Below, piece after piece: positions 26,740 through 39,144 of a stretch of 64,000 bases of DNA. Where the stretch lies: the NCBI RefSeq assembly GCF_037042905.1, contig NC_087245.1:682001-746000 (forward strand), given 5' to 3'. A program made the position numbers and the translations under genes. Numbering within the stretch: position 1 is the stretch's first letter; each line of letters opens with the position of its first letter. Source of the DNA: Lytechinus pictus. Its lineage: Eukaryota. A model generated the notes under the pieces. The model did not search any database and was not told the origin of the DNA. It saw nothing but the letters and a program-made list of their open reading frames with translations.

Positions 26740-27732
26740 CCCATGGGTGGGGCATGATTAGCCTGGAGGCGTCTGGGGGAGTGAAACTAATATACTGTAC
26801 GTATGGTCACTCCCCTAACGCCTGGCATTGTGAGGTATAGGCTCCTACGTACCGAGGGAAAAGGCAACTATAAAAATGCGCCAAACTGCTAGTTATGTTT
26901 AGAATCTGAGGTCACGACTGCTGTACATGGGTAAAAATATTGGTTGGCAACGTTTGGCAAAAAATGGATAGTTATGGTTACAAAATGACGAATAAATTAT
27001 ATGAAGTAATAAAAGTAGAAGAGAGTTTACTTACACTTGTTGACATCGCCATCTTTGATCCTTTGTAATGCAACCTAGTTACTTGACGCGTATAGAGGGC
27101 GGCAAAATCATGAGCGGTGCTAGATTAAAAAGTGCTAAAATGTCCCGCTTCAACCACTGAACTATAGATACGTGGAAGTCGTGTACACCCAAGCAAAACA
27201 TCGCCGGCGAACTCGATAAGTCACGTGACCGCCGCCATTTTGCTAGGTCAATTGTTCGAGAACGCGCCGTAGAAGGCAAGATGCAATATGTTTTCTCTAT
27301 GTATTTCTAGTTCAGTGGTTGAAGCGGGACATTTTATCACTTTTTAATCTAGCACCGCTCATGATTTTGTCGCCCTCTATACGCGTCATGTAACTAGGTT
27401 GCATTAACAAAGGATCAAAGATGGCGATGTCAACAAGTGTAAGTAAACTCTCTTCTACTTTTATTAATTCATATCATTTTGGCGTCATTTTGTAACCATA
27501 ACTATCCATTTTTTGCCAAACGTTGCCAACCAATATTTTTACCCATGTACAGCAGTCGTGACCTCAGATTCTAAACATAACTAGCAGTTTGGCGCATTTT
27601 TATAGTTGCCTTTTCCCTCGGTACGTAGGAGCCTATACCTCACAATGCCAGGCGTTAAGGGAGTGACCATACGTACAGTATATTACATTCACTCCTTAGA
27701 CGCCTCCAGGCTAATCATGCCCCACCCACGGG
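26740..27732. mobile_element. fold-back / long-TIR element (arms ~425 bp, spacer ~140 bp)
   Basis: 26740-27164 is the near-perfect reverse complement of 27308-27732. Confidence 0.9.
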
Positions 27733-28595
27733 TACATTACCACCGCCGTGCACAGGATAACCACTGGCACGGCACTTGCAATACGTTTATTCGTCTATTG
27801 TAAAAATTAGAAATAGATACCTATTTAATGTGAGATAAGCTTTGGATATGAAACTTACCAAACGATATGAAGCCAATTTCAATTCCTCTCTGTCTTTCGG
27901 GTACTTTATGTCGATGATTTTTCTTGATGTCGAAGCAGGCATGGGGCCGATTCGCTGGTTCTCTCTATACGCACAGAGAGGGTGCGCGATATTATTTAAT
28001 AAACTTGCTTGTTTGCGTCGTTGATGTCAGATCAGCTGTACTGCTGGTTGCGTTCTAGGCGCTCCGCATTTTTTTTCGCTGTTCACCGTTATTTTATGAT
28101 GTAGCGCCATCAGCGATTATACGTGACATGCAGCCTGTTGATTTTTTGGTACGATTTCCTATTATGCGCCGGCGACTTGAATCTAGACTGTTCGATAGGA
28201 AAAATTCGCATTTCGATTGTTGTTTGCGTAATTTCCACCGCAGTATTAAGGATCGGACGGAGTAACTGGCTGAGATTTGGAGGTAAGCGTTTAAAATCCA
28301 TTATTATAGATACGTTCGTGCTGATTTTTAAAATTAGATTACATTATAAGATTAAGATGACTAAATTTAGTATATTGTGAAGATTTAGGCGTGTTTCATA
28401 TTCTCACATTCGTGTGATGAATGAAAACGTCAAAATTCATTATGAAATGACATGCGTTGTGCGAGGTTAGTATACTAACCTCGCATGTTGTGTGAGTGAT
28501 CATGCCCATGGGTTCATATCGTCTCGCGTGCGAAGGAATATCAGTCATATGCACGCGACACACACGACACATCCAAAATATACTGGGCTTTTGCC

Positions 28596-29080
28596 TAGCC
28601 AGGCGGCTTCTAGAGAGTAAAAATCATTTACTAACGTAAGGTTACTCTCATACGAAGCCAGGCAGTCCTCCCCATTCATCTGCGTGTACCGCAAAAAACC
28701 CTGAAACTTTCGCCCCCGAGATTTCTACTTTCCTTCTAAAAGATCTAGCTCTAAATCATGTAAATGGGATAAAACTTCATTTCTGACATTTCTACGCTCT
28801 CGTTGTTATTTTTAAAACAAGAATTCATCAAAAAAATGAAAAAATATTGTGAAAAGACGGAAGAGACTTGCCCGATGTTTACGCCGCCATCTTGTTTCTT
28901 ATTGTACTTCCCCAACGTTACGTACGCGAGTGTCGCGTAACGTTGGGGAAGTACAATAACAAACAAAAGTTTCAGGGTTTTTTGCGGTACACGCAGATGA
29001 ATGGGGAGGACTGCCTGGCTTCGTATGAGAGTAACCTTACGTTAGTAAATGATTTTTACTCTCTAGATGCCGCCTGGCTA
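28596..29080. mobile_element. MITE with ~115-bp TIRs (TAGCCAGGCGGC...) and 8-bp TSD
   Basis: TSD CTTTTGCC at 28588-28595 and 29081-29088; TIRs nearly identical; internal 24-bp hairpin at 28899-28959. Confidence 0.92.
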
Positions 29081-30674
29081 CTTTTGCCCACATAAAATAT
29101 CATGCATAATCTGGTATTTCACATTCTGCTATGACACTTACCGAATCATTTAGATCCTTCCATGACTTCTCCTTGAAGTTTCTTTTAAAAAATATGTATA
29201 TTTTCTTGATCTTTAGTGAAGATTTCACGGAGATAAAAATTGGTCAGCGTGGATATCAATTTTCGCCTAAAGAGGGCGCACGATTTATATTCATATCAAA
29301 GACATGACAAGGGAAAGACTAGGCACCTACACTATTTTACACGCAAATCGACGCAAGGCATTACGCGAAGTCCGTGAAGTGTCCAATCTTTTCATTGTAT
29401 AGACTTTGGTATACCGTATTATTGACGTTCGTTAAAGCTTGTACTGCTGGTTTCGTTCTAGGCACGTGTATTTTTTTCATTTTTTAAAAACTCATTGAGT
29501 GCTTCGTGCACGCTACGTTTCCTACTATAACATGCCACACTTGTGCTCACACGCCTACTATTGATTGCTTTGTGCTTGCATTGTTTCCTACCCTCGCCTG
29601 CTTCGTGCATGACTGCGCACATTCGGAATTACAATCATTGTTACGCCGTTTTGCATTGTATTGCGCATCAAATGCACGCCGTAATTAGCACTATTGTGTG
29701 CAGTGCGAACTCTGCTTTCTGACAGATCAACTTCACGCGGTTTACATTCGACTTTTTCGAGTATTTCTACATTTTTTACAAGATATGGCTCCGCCTCCGA
29801 GAGGCAAGAGACCTAGGTTTTTTTATCCTGATGAGGTTCGTGAGACGGTTATTATACTCGATACAACTCATATTTTAGCGGTAAAGATAATAACCAATCC
29901 ATATAATGAGGACATCATTATAAGGGGTATGAAATTTCCTACAACTTTACAACGCAATATTTTGTGGATAAACTAATCGTTAGAGAGTTACAAGCAATTG
30001 TAATCATGACTATTGAAAGGAGTGAATACGACTTGCGATCCCAAAATCAATGTGGCACAGGGGGGTTTTGTGGCTGGCACAGGGGATTAGCATCGGATTA
30101 GCACTGTGGCGTTGGGTTAGTAGTGTGTATAGCATGTTAAGAGTTAATTAGTCATTGTTTTAAATTAATTGCAAAAAAGTGTTATCATCGCCAATAGTAA
30201 TCTTGAATTATGTTTTTGAAGGTATTTCATTTATTGGTGCCCATAATTAGTAAATTAATCATAAGAATTGCGCATTCAAAGAATTTAGACACAGTTATAA
30301 AATTACCGAGGAGCTGAATCAAGGTTGTGAAATTTATTAGCGCCACCAACGGGCTTCCTTGTATTTCCGTAGAAAAGACAAACAAAGTCACTTGCTAGGC
30401 CGAGGTAAGCAAAATTTGCTCTTTTTGTAATGATATTATTTACAAATCATATGTATAATTTTTTTATGTATTGCTACTTACCGGAAAGAGCCCCAGTGCG
30501 TAGCGAGAAGGAGTTTCGGCAAGTATTACTTCAGCAATGAAGCGATGTTTGCCGACTACTTCGAAATCCAGGGTCAAACACGGTCCCTTGTACGAGGTTA
30601 GTATACTAACCTCGTATTAGTGTGAGTGTTCTCGTGTGTACTGTCAGTGTGACTGTGTGTGCGCTTGTTGTGTA

Positions 30675-31189
30675 CCCGGGGGGGAAGGGGGCAACTTACA
30701 TTGACGAGTGGATACCATGCGCAACCCAAAAAACACTTTAAAAGGATGTCTTTTTCAAGATAGGGCACGTTACGTACGTAACGTGATAAGGGTGTCAAAA
30801 ACACAAAAATAATGAAAAAAGGGTGTCTATTTCGCTATGAAAGCTACGTGTTTAGGGTCAAATTTGCGGGGATGATAAAAAAAAATTAAATGTTTTTTAA
30901 AGGATGTCCTTTTTGCCCCAACACTACGTGTTTAGAGTCCGATTTGCAAGAGGTGTGGAAGGTGGGGCCGTACTAAACCAAATTATGTGTAAAGGTACAT
31001 GTTTAGGGGTTCATTTAAGGGAATACTTGCCAAGATTTGTTTCCAATACTTGTTAAGGGTAGGGTTTCACACGCCAATACTTGTTAAGGGGTGCATTTTC
31101 ATAATATGGAAAATACGTGTTTAGGGTGCTTTTTGAGATCTCACGGTCGTGCATGGTATCCACTCGTCAATGGAAGTGGCCCCCCCGGG
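30675..31189. mobile_element. MITE with CCCGGGGG termini and 8-bp TSD
   Basis: TIR core CATTGACGAGTGGATACCATGC mirrored at both ends; TSD GTTGTGTA at 30667-30674 and 31190-31197. Confidence 0.88.
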
Positions 31190-31272
31190 GTTGTGTATAA
31201 AGTCAATGGGAGATGAAAGAAGTCACCGCCGCTGACGAAATAAATGGCAGTGAATGGAGTGATGACTTTAAC

Positions 31273-33329
31273 TAGCCAGGAGGCTCTTAGAGAGTAAATA
31301 TTTTTTACTAACTTATGCTTACTCTCCACAGAGCCAGGGATTTGATTGCATTCATCTACACGTACCGCCAAAAAACCTCAAACTTTCGCCCCCGAGATTT
31401 CTACTTTCCTTCTAAAAGATCTAGCCCTAAATCATGTACATGGGATCGTTGACGAAAAGGAACTATTACAGGTGGCAAATTCCGCTTGGGATTGTATAAG
31501 TACATGTATACAACGGTCAACTGAGCTGGCCTCCGAAGAACCGATGTAACTGTGTTTATTTAATCTATGGAGTTAAAAGAAAAAGAGGGAAAAAACATCC
31601 TCAGTTTCAAGACCATAAATGTTTTACTGAATGTTATGTGGTTTACATAACTTCCTAAATTATCATGAACCAAATGCATATTTAACTTTACAGTCTGAAT
31701 TAAATTGTTTATAAAAGATCTGAAGTCTTTGCTTTTACTTTCATGATGTCATGTTTGCATTAATTACTTGACAAATAAATTGAATATTGCTGGTAAAAAT
31801 AATCCTCTATGTCTGAACAGGTGTCTTCCTTGTTTAACTTGTTTCAGTTAAAGTTTTAGTTATCATGGTTATATTTCTCAATCTGAGAACTCCAAATATC
31901 CTACTTGTGACATCATGAGTAAACAAACACCTCAAATGTAACAATGGTTAACATTGAATCTCAAATGCCTACCGTAAACATGAGCCAACTGGCATCAATT
32001 ATTCATAGTAAAAAATGACTGAAGCAATTACAAAATGATGCATATTTGTTGCCTTCAAAATCTGCCAAAGACAAATCTAAACGTCTGAAAGAAGACTAAT
32101 ATTTGCATTTTCCTATCTGTGCAGTTTGCACTTATAAAAACAAAACATTCTAATGCTTGGTGCATGATTTATCCTTTTTCTGACATAATTCTGTTTTTCC
32201 TAAATTTGGAAATCCTTTACTTTCACAAAACCTTACTTTTGGTTTTAACAATATCTGTTATCAAAAAATCAACTAATTCAAAAAGTGTATTTCTCACAAA
32301 TTCTAAACCTAGATATTGAGCAAGAACACACACGTGTTATCTTCAATATTAATATCGACTCTTGCTTTTAAACTGTAATCTCACTATTTTTACTAAGCAT
32401 GGGAATTTTGTTTGTTATTCTCATGCATACTCTTCATCTAACACAATGCCTGAAAATGTTCTTCTCATTTTCTGTTTAAAAACAAATTACTTCTTGGGCT
32501 TATGTCTGTTTATAATTTACAGACTAGTTTAAAACAAATACATTATCTCGCTTCTGTTTATCATTTTACATGTATCATAACCTTTAGTTTCATAAACTAA
32601 ATGTGCAGATTCAGAATAGAAAGTGAATCTTATAACTTTTGGAATTTCGATCTTTTAATATTTTTTGTCTTTTGCCATTACCGCACTAAAAAGAAAATAC
32701 AAGCATTGAACCTAGCCTCTTGCAATGGGCGCTTTATACATGCGTAAAACTTTCACTTGACTCGTACACTTTCCGTTCCAAATTTTCACATTTGTACATT
32801 ACATAAATGGATCTTGCTTAACTCATACTTTACTCACTTTCTTGGCGGAAAGTACCAATAACTCAAGAAGTCAGAAATGAAACCTCACGGTCTCATTTTC
32901 CTGAAAAACTACAGCGAAACAGCTCCAAACATGCTCGCTGCACATGTAGATAACTGCCTAATTTTAACAGGCCAATTTTGCGGTCAACGTAAATTTCATG
33001 GTATCTTCAAATTATACCTTCTGAACTAAACCAAAAGAAATACATATGAAAAAATACTTGTTAAACGAAACATGGGATACAACTTCATTTCCGACATTTC
33101 TACGCTATCGATTTCATTTTTAAACAAGAATTCATTAAAAAAATGAGAAAAGACGGGAGAGACTCGCATGATGTTTACGCCGCCATCTTGTTTCCTATTG
33201 TTCTTCCCCAATGTTACGGATGCGCGCGTCGGTCTATATAACGGAAGGGATGCCGCAGGGCCAGACAAAGTCTCAGCAGAGCATATCACTGACAAAAATA
33301 GACCTATTGATCAGTCTAGTATGAGACTA
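31273..33329. mobile_element. relative of the 28596-29080 element, interrupted by a 1.6 kb insertion (31447-33069)
   Basis: 31273-31446 and 33070-33218 align in order to 28596-28920; insert flanked by a duplicated ACATGGGAT. Confidence 0.8.
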
Positions 33330-33549
33330 GGACAGGTCTAAGTTGGAATATGATTTTGGTGCAAATATTCACTGCTGAATGATACGCACCATATAAATTA
33401 AAGCAACAACAACATTAACAAAAAATCTACGGTCGCAGTTCGGTCTAAGACTACACATAGATAGATTCAAGACAAATTATTTTCCTTAAGCACCACTGTC
33501 ACTAGGAAAAATCACAACAAGTGTTTTCAGACATATCGTCCAAGAAGCA

Positions 33550-36500
33550 ATATTGACAAATTTGCCTTTGCCCAATGATCTGTACCTGAATGGAATAAAC
33601 TCCCTCTTCAAATAGTTAATGCAGTTTCGCTTGACAGCTTCCAAAAGCTTCTGCAAAATCACCTTGAAGAAAAATGGGGGTCGAACGTACAAAAAGGATG
33701 ATCATTTTATGGAATTGCTCTAAGTTCATTTATTTATTTATTTTTTTTTTTCAGAAAGAACATATGTTTACAAAAGGTTCATATACAAAAAAATACAGAT
33801 TCACAATAGTATCATATAAATGGAAAAAAGCAACTAAAATTTAATAAATAAAAAAAAAACTATTTAATTAATTATAGATTTTTTAAGTTGAAAATTGTGA
33901 ATAGATTAATTGGTATTTTCCACAAATTGTTCAATACAAAATACTTAAAAAGCCAGTCCTAGAAATACGAAATTCAATAATCAATTAATACAAAGCCAGA
34001 ATATTATATTATGAATTGTCAAGCTGGAAAACAGACTATTAATGAAACTTTGAATAGATAAATCCATATTTGCCACAAATTATGCAATAGAAAAATGTTG
34101 ATTAATTAAAATCCAGTACTACAAAAATTTATACAAAATTCAACAGTCAATTAGTAAGTAAAATGAGGAAATATTACATTAAAAATCAAATCTATATTTA
34201 TACCTGAACAGATTACACCCAAAGGAATTTGCTGGTAGTTTATATTGAGATATAATATACAAATATACCGTACCAGGCTTTGAGTAAGTATCGCAGGAAT
34301 TATTCATCTGAGGTTGGACTGGCATTACTATTTTTCCCAAGCGGCAAAGCCCCAAGGGGAAAATAGTAATTTTGCACAGAACAACCTAGGATGAATAATT
34401 CCCTCTATAATTTCGAAATAAAGGCCTGGTATGTTTGTTTTATATCCTACTTTAATAAGTGAGAGCAATAGATCTTGACAATCTAGTTCTTGTAATCGTA
34501 GTTCATCCTTTTTAAATCTGAATCAAGATAACCCTGCTCTGACTGACCTACTTTACCTGAAGCCATGCGCTCAGCGCGCGGAATGCGTATTAGTGCTTGT
34601 GCCATCATGATCTGTGACGTCGATGATGAAGTAGTGCACTATTCCATCATTGACGTCATGGAATAGCAATTTTTCTTCAGTGGGCGTTACATTTTCAACA
34701 TCACAAAAGAGTGAGAATATGTTTGGTCACATGATGCTATTTAAACCAATCAGTATACATGATTTAATTTCTATGCATTGAAATGCATAGAAATTTCACA
34801 AAAATCATTTAGAGTCACTTGGGATGATAACAATTAGATATTGTGTTTTTATGTCCTTATCAAGCGGACAATAGATGGAATGCTAGATTGATAATACCTA
34901 CCTGTAGCAGTCCTACATTTAGGTTCCTGTAGTAGGTGAGAGTTCCGTAAGACCGTAACTGTCTTCCAGACACAGATTGACAAGATTGGGGGAGAAAGTC
35001 ACATCAATTGGCAGGATGACCTGAGGAGATCATGCAAAAAAGAAAGAAGAATACTGTCTCGGTGGAATCTGAGTGATTTGAGATTGAGAAATGATTGATC
35101 CTATAAACTTGCTTCTGCATCCTGTCAATGTCGTTGAATATCACAGATTTTTATATCACGGTCGCAACATATTGACAAATTTGCCTTTGCCCAATGATCT
35201 GTACCTGAATGGAATAAACTCCCTCTTCAAATAGTTAATGCAGTTTCGCTTGACAGCTTCCAAAAGCTTCTGCAAAATCACCTTGAAGAAAAATGGGGGT
35301 CGAACGTACAAAAAGGATGATCATTTTATGGAATTGCTCTAAGTTCATTTATTTATTTATTTTTTTTTTTCAGAAAGAACATATGTTTACAAAAGGTTCA
35401 TATACAAAAAAATACAGATTCACAATAGTATCATATAAAATGGAAAAAAGCAACTAAAATTTAATAAATAAAAAAAAAACTATTTAATTAATTATAGATT
35501 TTTTAAGTTGAAAATTGTGAATAGATTAATTGGTATTTTCCACAAATTGTTCAATACAAAATACTTAAAAAGCCAGTCCTAGAAATACGAAATTCAATAA
35601 TCAATTAATACAAAGCCAGAATATTATATTATGAATTGTCAAGCTGGAAAACAGACTATTAATGAAACTTTGAATAGATAAATCCATATTTGCCACAAAT
35701 TATGCAATAGAAAAATGTTGATTAATTAAAATCCAGTACTACAAAAATTTATACAAAATTCAACAGTCAATTAGTAAGTAAAATGAGGAAATATTACATT
35801 AAAAATCAAATCTATATTTATACCTGAACAGATTACACCCAAAGGAATTTGCTGGTAGTTTATATTGAGATATAATATACAAATATACCGTACCAGGCTT
35901 TGAGTAAGTATCGCAGGAATTATTCATCTGAGGTTGGACTGGCATTACTATTTTTCCCAAGCGGCAAAGCCCCAAGGGGAAAATAGTAATTTTGCACAGA
36001 ACAACCTAGGATGAATAATTCCCTCTATAATTTCGAAATAAAGGCCTGGTATGTTTGTTTTATATCCTACTTTAATAAGTGAGAGCAATAGATCTTGACA
36101 ATCTAGTTCTTGTAATCGTAGTTCATCCTTTTTAAATCTGAATCAAGATAACCCTGCTCTGACTGACCTACTTTACCTGAAGCCATGCGCTCAGCGCGCG
36201 GAATGCGTATTAGTGCTTGTGCCATCATGATCTGTGACGTCGATGATGAAGTAGTGCACTATTCCATCATTGACGTCATGGAATAGCAATTTTTCTTCAG
36301 TGGGCGTTACATTTTCAACATCACAAAAGAGTGAGAATATGTTTGGTCACATGATGCTATTTAAACCAATCAGTATACATGATTTAATTTCTATGCATTG
36401 AAATGCATAGAAATTTCACAAAAATCATTTAGAGTCACTTGGGATGATAACAATTAGATATTGTGTTTTTATGTCCTTATCAAGCGGACAATAGATGGAA

Positions 36501-36788
36501 TGCTAGATTGATAATACCTACCTGTAGCAGTCCTACATTTAGGTTCCTGTAGTAGGTGAGAGTTCCGTAAGACCGTAACTGTCTTCCAGACACAGATTGA
36601 CAAGATTGGGGGAGAAAGTCACATCAATTGGCAGGATGACCTGAGGAGATCATGCAAAAAAGAAAGAAGAATACTGTCTCGGTGGAATCTGAGTGATTTG
36701 AGATTGAGAAATGATTGATCCTATAAACTTGCTTCTGCATCCTGTCAATGTCGTTGAATATCACAGATTTTTATATCACGGTCGCAAC
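33550..36788. repeat. near-perfect direct tandem duplication of ~1.62 kb (33550-35168 / 35169-36788)
   Basis: The copies look identical by eye except one A in a homopolymer (ATATAAATGG versus ATATAAAATGG). Confidence 0.95.
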
Positions 36789-38668
36789 AATCATATCCCA
36801 TTTGAGGTTAGATTGAAGAATTACTCCTAATAATGTCAAGCTACTAACTGCAGCTAATTTAGCATTGGCAATCTGGAGCGTCGTAAACTGTGCCTGTTTG
36901 GAGAATGAGATGTTCATAACTGAACATTTGGATGGGATGGGTTTAATGTCATTTGCTTCACTCCAATGGACGAATTGATCATGCTGCCCTTGGAGAGTGG
37001 ATGGTTCACTAACACAACAGATTTTGGTCAAGCTGAAATCATCAACATATTTCCACCTGTTGTTGCAATCCGTCATGGCGTCGTAAATCATGGCAAGAAA
37101 TAGCAATGGCCCTAATATTGTGCCCTGGGGGACAACACATGTAACTCCCAATATGGAAGAACCAACTTAGATAGCTTCTTTGCATCCATCAAGGAAACCA
37201 CAGATCACTGGAAAAAGACTGATCTGGTAAATGTGTGGTGGAACTGCCAGACACATTACTAAATTGCTTTTGGTCAATCACAGGAGAGAGGTCATGACTG
37301 TGCCTTCTTGAGATGAAAGTTTCCATCACTCTTGAAAATACTGCAGTAATAGAGATAGGCGGCAGGTCTGCCAGTTGTGAAACTTGTTGTTTCTTTGGAA
37401 TGGGAGTAATCAGTGCTCTTTTTCCAACAGGAAGGATAGCTCCCAGTATGAAGAATAACATTGAAATATGATCGAAAGTGGCTCTGCCAGCTCCAACGCG
37501 AATTCCCTGATAAGTTTGATAGGGCTATCCCCCGGCATGATTGCCTTGGAAGCATTAAAATTTCACAAGATAATGAGCACTTCATGTGCATGAATCGTAA
37601 GTGGTCTTGAAGAGGAAGGTAGGTAGGATGGATGGTAAGGATGCCAGATTTGATGATAGAAGCTGGCTACTAACCCCAGCGAAGTGCTGATTGACCCTTG
37701 TAGCTTTCTGTGAGTCATTGTGGCCAAAGCAGGTTGGTAACTTAAGCGAGGCTTTGATGACTCCAGCCATGCTCCAGATCTGTTGATGCCATAGGGAAGA
37801 TTCACTTTTCTTTAGCTCTTCAACCCTCTGAACGTAGAACGATTCCTTGCACTTTGATGTTTCTCTTTGAAGTTTGAACTAGATTCTGTACCTTTCAAAA
37901 CACCTCACCATTATCAGAATCATAGGCCCGCTGTCGTTTACTGATAAGATCTTTGATACGGTTTGTGATCCAAGGTTTGTTAGCTGACTTTTGGTGAGAG
38001 AGGGCATCCAGAACTTTTAATGACGTTAGATTAAGAGAGTTGAGATGACCCTATCATCAATACAGTTTGATGATCTGAGTTTGCTATAGGAACCTTGATA
38101 ACAGGTTCTCCATAATGCCCTGGATGATCTGTAAATATCATATCTAAGATGCGATCATTCCTAGTGGGTTGCTTGACCATCCGTGATAAACTCGGGTGTG
38201 TCGCAAACTCATCAACGTGTAGATCGTTAATCCCCATGATCATAATAGATGAATCTGGATGAGTGGTTCTAATATCCCCCATAATGATGAGATGGTTAAT
38301 AATGTCATCATGGTATTGAGTATGAAGAGGTGAGTACAGGTACACCACACAAAGAGAATGACATTTCCTCTAAAGCATTCAGATTAATTTTATTCCAGAT
38401 TTTTTCAAGATGAGACAAGATGGACAAGGTCAGGTTCATAGGCTACAGGTTCTAGATCATCTCTTAAATAGAGATCAATGCCCCCACCCCGCTCTGCAGT
38501 TCTGTCCCGATGAAAAAGATTGAATCCTTGAATAGTATTGGCTAAAGTTGGATTCAAATCACTTAACCAAGTTTCGGTTACACTGATTATATCAACATTG
38601 TAATAACCAGTAGTTGCACACATTTCATCCAACTTCCTGTTCATAGATCGTATATTAGTCAGCATGGT
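36480..38668 (-). mobile_element. decayed LINE ORF2 (APE endonuclease plus reverse transcriptase)
   Basis: NIRSM, DIISVTETWL, RGGG, PTR..RILD, SDH (APE); ITPIPK, PISIT, VPQGTILGPLLF, YVDD, LLGV (RT); many frameshifts and stops; 3' piece repeated at ~34860-35168 by the duplication. Confidence 0.9.
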
Positions 38669-39079
38669 TGATTGATAGTTCTGTTTACATCTTGTATCAA
38701 CTACTCATTGCACAATCCTCAATTAGCATTTGATCTCAAGGGAATGTTTCTAAATAAAGAGAGAGTTTGTGGTTTTCCAATCCTGACCTCCACCAACAGA
38801 GGGCCTCACAGAAATATGCTCAAAATTAAAGTTTTGAGCACTCTGGTGAATAAAAAAGACATACTCAGAATATATTAATTCATGCATTACTTAGTATTTG
38901 ACATGCATGTGCATTGTTTTATTGTGGAGTTTGCTAGTCTCTTTCCTTTTCTTAAATAAAATTGATTGTAATGCAGCATAAAATTGAGTTTTTTGCCCTT
39001 GCTTAGTCCAGTTTAGGCATAATACAAAAACAAGTATTTCAGTTAGTAATGTTTTAAATATATCTTTGTATTCATTTAG

Positions 39080-39144
39080 GTGCTGTAGGAGCAGAGAGGA
39101 TTATTGCCAGTGCACCATCAGATAGGAACAGAAGAGTTATTGGG
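39080..39144 (+). CDS. PYCR3: PYCR exon 2
   Basis: catttag acceptor; GAVGAERIIASAPSDRNRRVIG; gtaatt donor. Confidence 0.88.

Noticed and set aside
29829..29850. Other CTGATGA or CTGACGA words as possible hammerhead cores (also within 18618-18730)
   Set aside because: No stem II followed by GAAA
29784..29976. Short ORF MAPPPRGKRPRFFYPDEV, reminiscent of a piggyBac transposase N-terminus (with AAGAG|TTAA at ~30147)
   Set aside because: No catalytic domain or further exons and no matching left terminus found; too weak to call
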